Positions 62,952 through 64,000 of a DNA stretch of 64,000 nt are shown piece by piece (the stretch's first letter is position 1; each line of letters starts with the position of its first letter). The notes beneath the pieces were generated by a model. The model made no database searches and had not been told where the DNA came from. It saw only the letters and a list, made by a program, of their open reading frames with translations. This DNA is from Octopus vulgaris (taxonomy: Eukaryota): NCBI GenBank assembly GCA_951406725.2, contig OX597814.1:128526001-128590000 (forward strand), read 5' to 3'. A program made the position numbers and the translations under genes.

Positions 62952-63927
62952 GCTGAATAACAATATATAAATCTAGACTTACCCGACACATTAACAAAAA
63001 AAATTACGCTTCAGTTTCTTTTAAATCAAGCAATTTTATTTTTTAAGAAAATATCGTATTAAAAATGATCATAATAATAATAATTAGCACTGCATCAATA
63101 CGTAAAAATATTAGCTCTTCTAAAATACCACATAAGTTTTATTTAGCAAACAAAAAACGTTTTCAATGCATTGTCAGTTATGTGCGGTTCATTTAAGTAT
63201 AATAAATATAGTAAGTAAATAATCACAATGAAATTCATTCAGTAAAATATTTGACACCTAACACACCTTTAACTGCATGGGCCTGTGTAGTAAGTTTAAA
63301 AAAAGTAGTAATGCAAGTGAATGCAACATCGAAGAGACGAAGCAATTACAGGTGTGACGAACACCGAGAGGAGAAGAAACACTTGTCAAGTTGTCACAGA
63401 ATGTTTGATGATAAAACGGAAACAGTTCCTCCCACTTCACCCTCAGCCAATTCTATCGAATCGGCCAGCATCTTAACAATAACTTGCATTGCTGCTTTAG
63501 TCAAACAATGCAGCTCAAATGGCCCGCAAAATATGAATTTCTTGACAAAACTCATATCAACAACACACTTAAACAATAATACGACGTGGCAAAGTAGTTA
63601 ATGGCAAACTCGCCCATAGTAGTTGTAATTTTGTGCATCAAGTAATATTAATACGATTTACAAGGAAAACAAATTTCAAAATTTAGCACCTGGTCAGCAC
63701 TGAATAAACAAAATCTATGATCAAAGGTATTTCCAGCCACGACTATCCCGTCTTTTTTTTATATATATATATATGTTTATCTTTTTTGTTTTGTTTTTTT
63801 CAAGCTGGCTCAATGCTATTTGGTCGCTCTTTCTAGCAAGACGAGTTGCTTTGGAGATTCCCTCGGCTTCGATAATTTCTTATGGTGTTAGATAAATAAA
63901 TAAATACTATGTTAATTTATTGTCTAT

Positions 63928-64000
63928 GTGGTACATACGCTGTGTGTTGTGGTACATAAGATGTGTATTGTGGTACATACGCAGTGTGTTGTGCTACGTC
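63928..64000. repeat. 21-bp minisatellite (GTGGTACATACGCTGTGTGTT)n running off the window end
   Basis: About 3.5 imperfect units are visible. Confidence 0.8.

Noticed and set aside
63251-63601. 116-aa plus-strand ORF and slightly CpG-richer region near the window end
   Set aside because: TTG start, no recognisable domain or splice support. It may simply be near a promoter outside the window.

Overview
AT-rich, repeat-dense animal genomic DNA; the SINE/microsatellite landscape suggests an octopus/cephalopod genome (inference). The only host gene I can support is a PPM1D/Wip1 (PP2C-delta) orthologue on the minus strand. Four GT-AG exons (29030-28864, 22618-22438, 17947-17742, 16220-14775) join in frame to about 665 aa. 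The N-terminal exon(s) were not found, so 29031-64000 is probably one intron of more than 35 kb. The most striking structure lies in that region: a ~5 kb near-perfect palindrome (39524-44530) made of two head-to-head Penelope-like retroelements (RT + C-terminal GIY-YIG, Hydra-clade-like). The copies are separated by a 35-nt spacer and sit in a (TA)n/GATACATACATACA satellite. Each carries a variant type I hammerhead-ribozyme-like motif (CCGANGA core, ACUC-A-GAGU stem III). A separate ~200 bp TA-flanked element at 34790-34990 carries a hammerhead-like motif with the same variant core and stem III but different stems I/II. The rest is SINEs of at least four families, two mariner relics, TTAA MITEs, two non-autonomous Helitrons, decayed RTE and CR1/L2 LINEs, nested insertions and local duplications. 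All calls were made by eye, without database searches.
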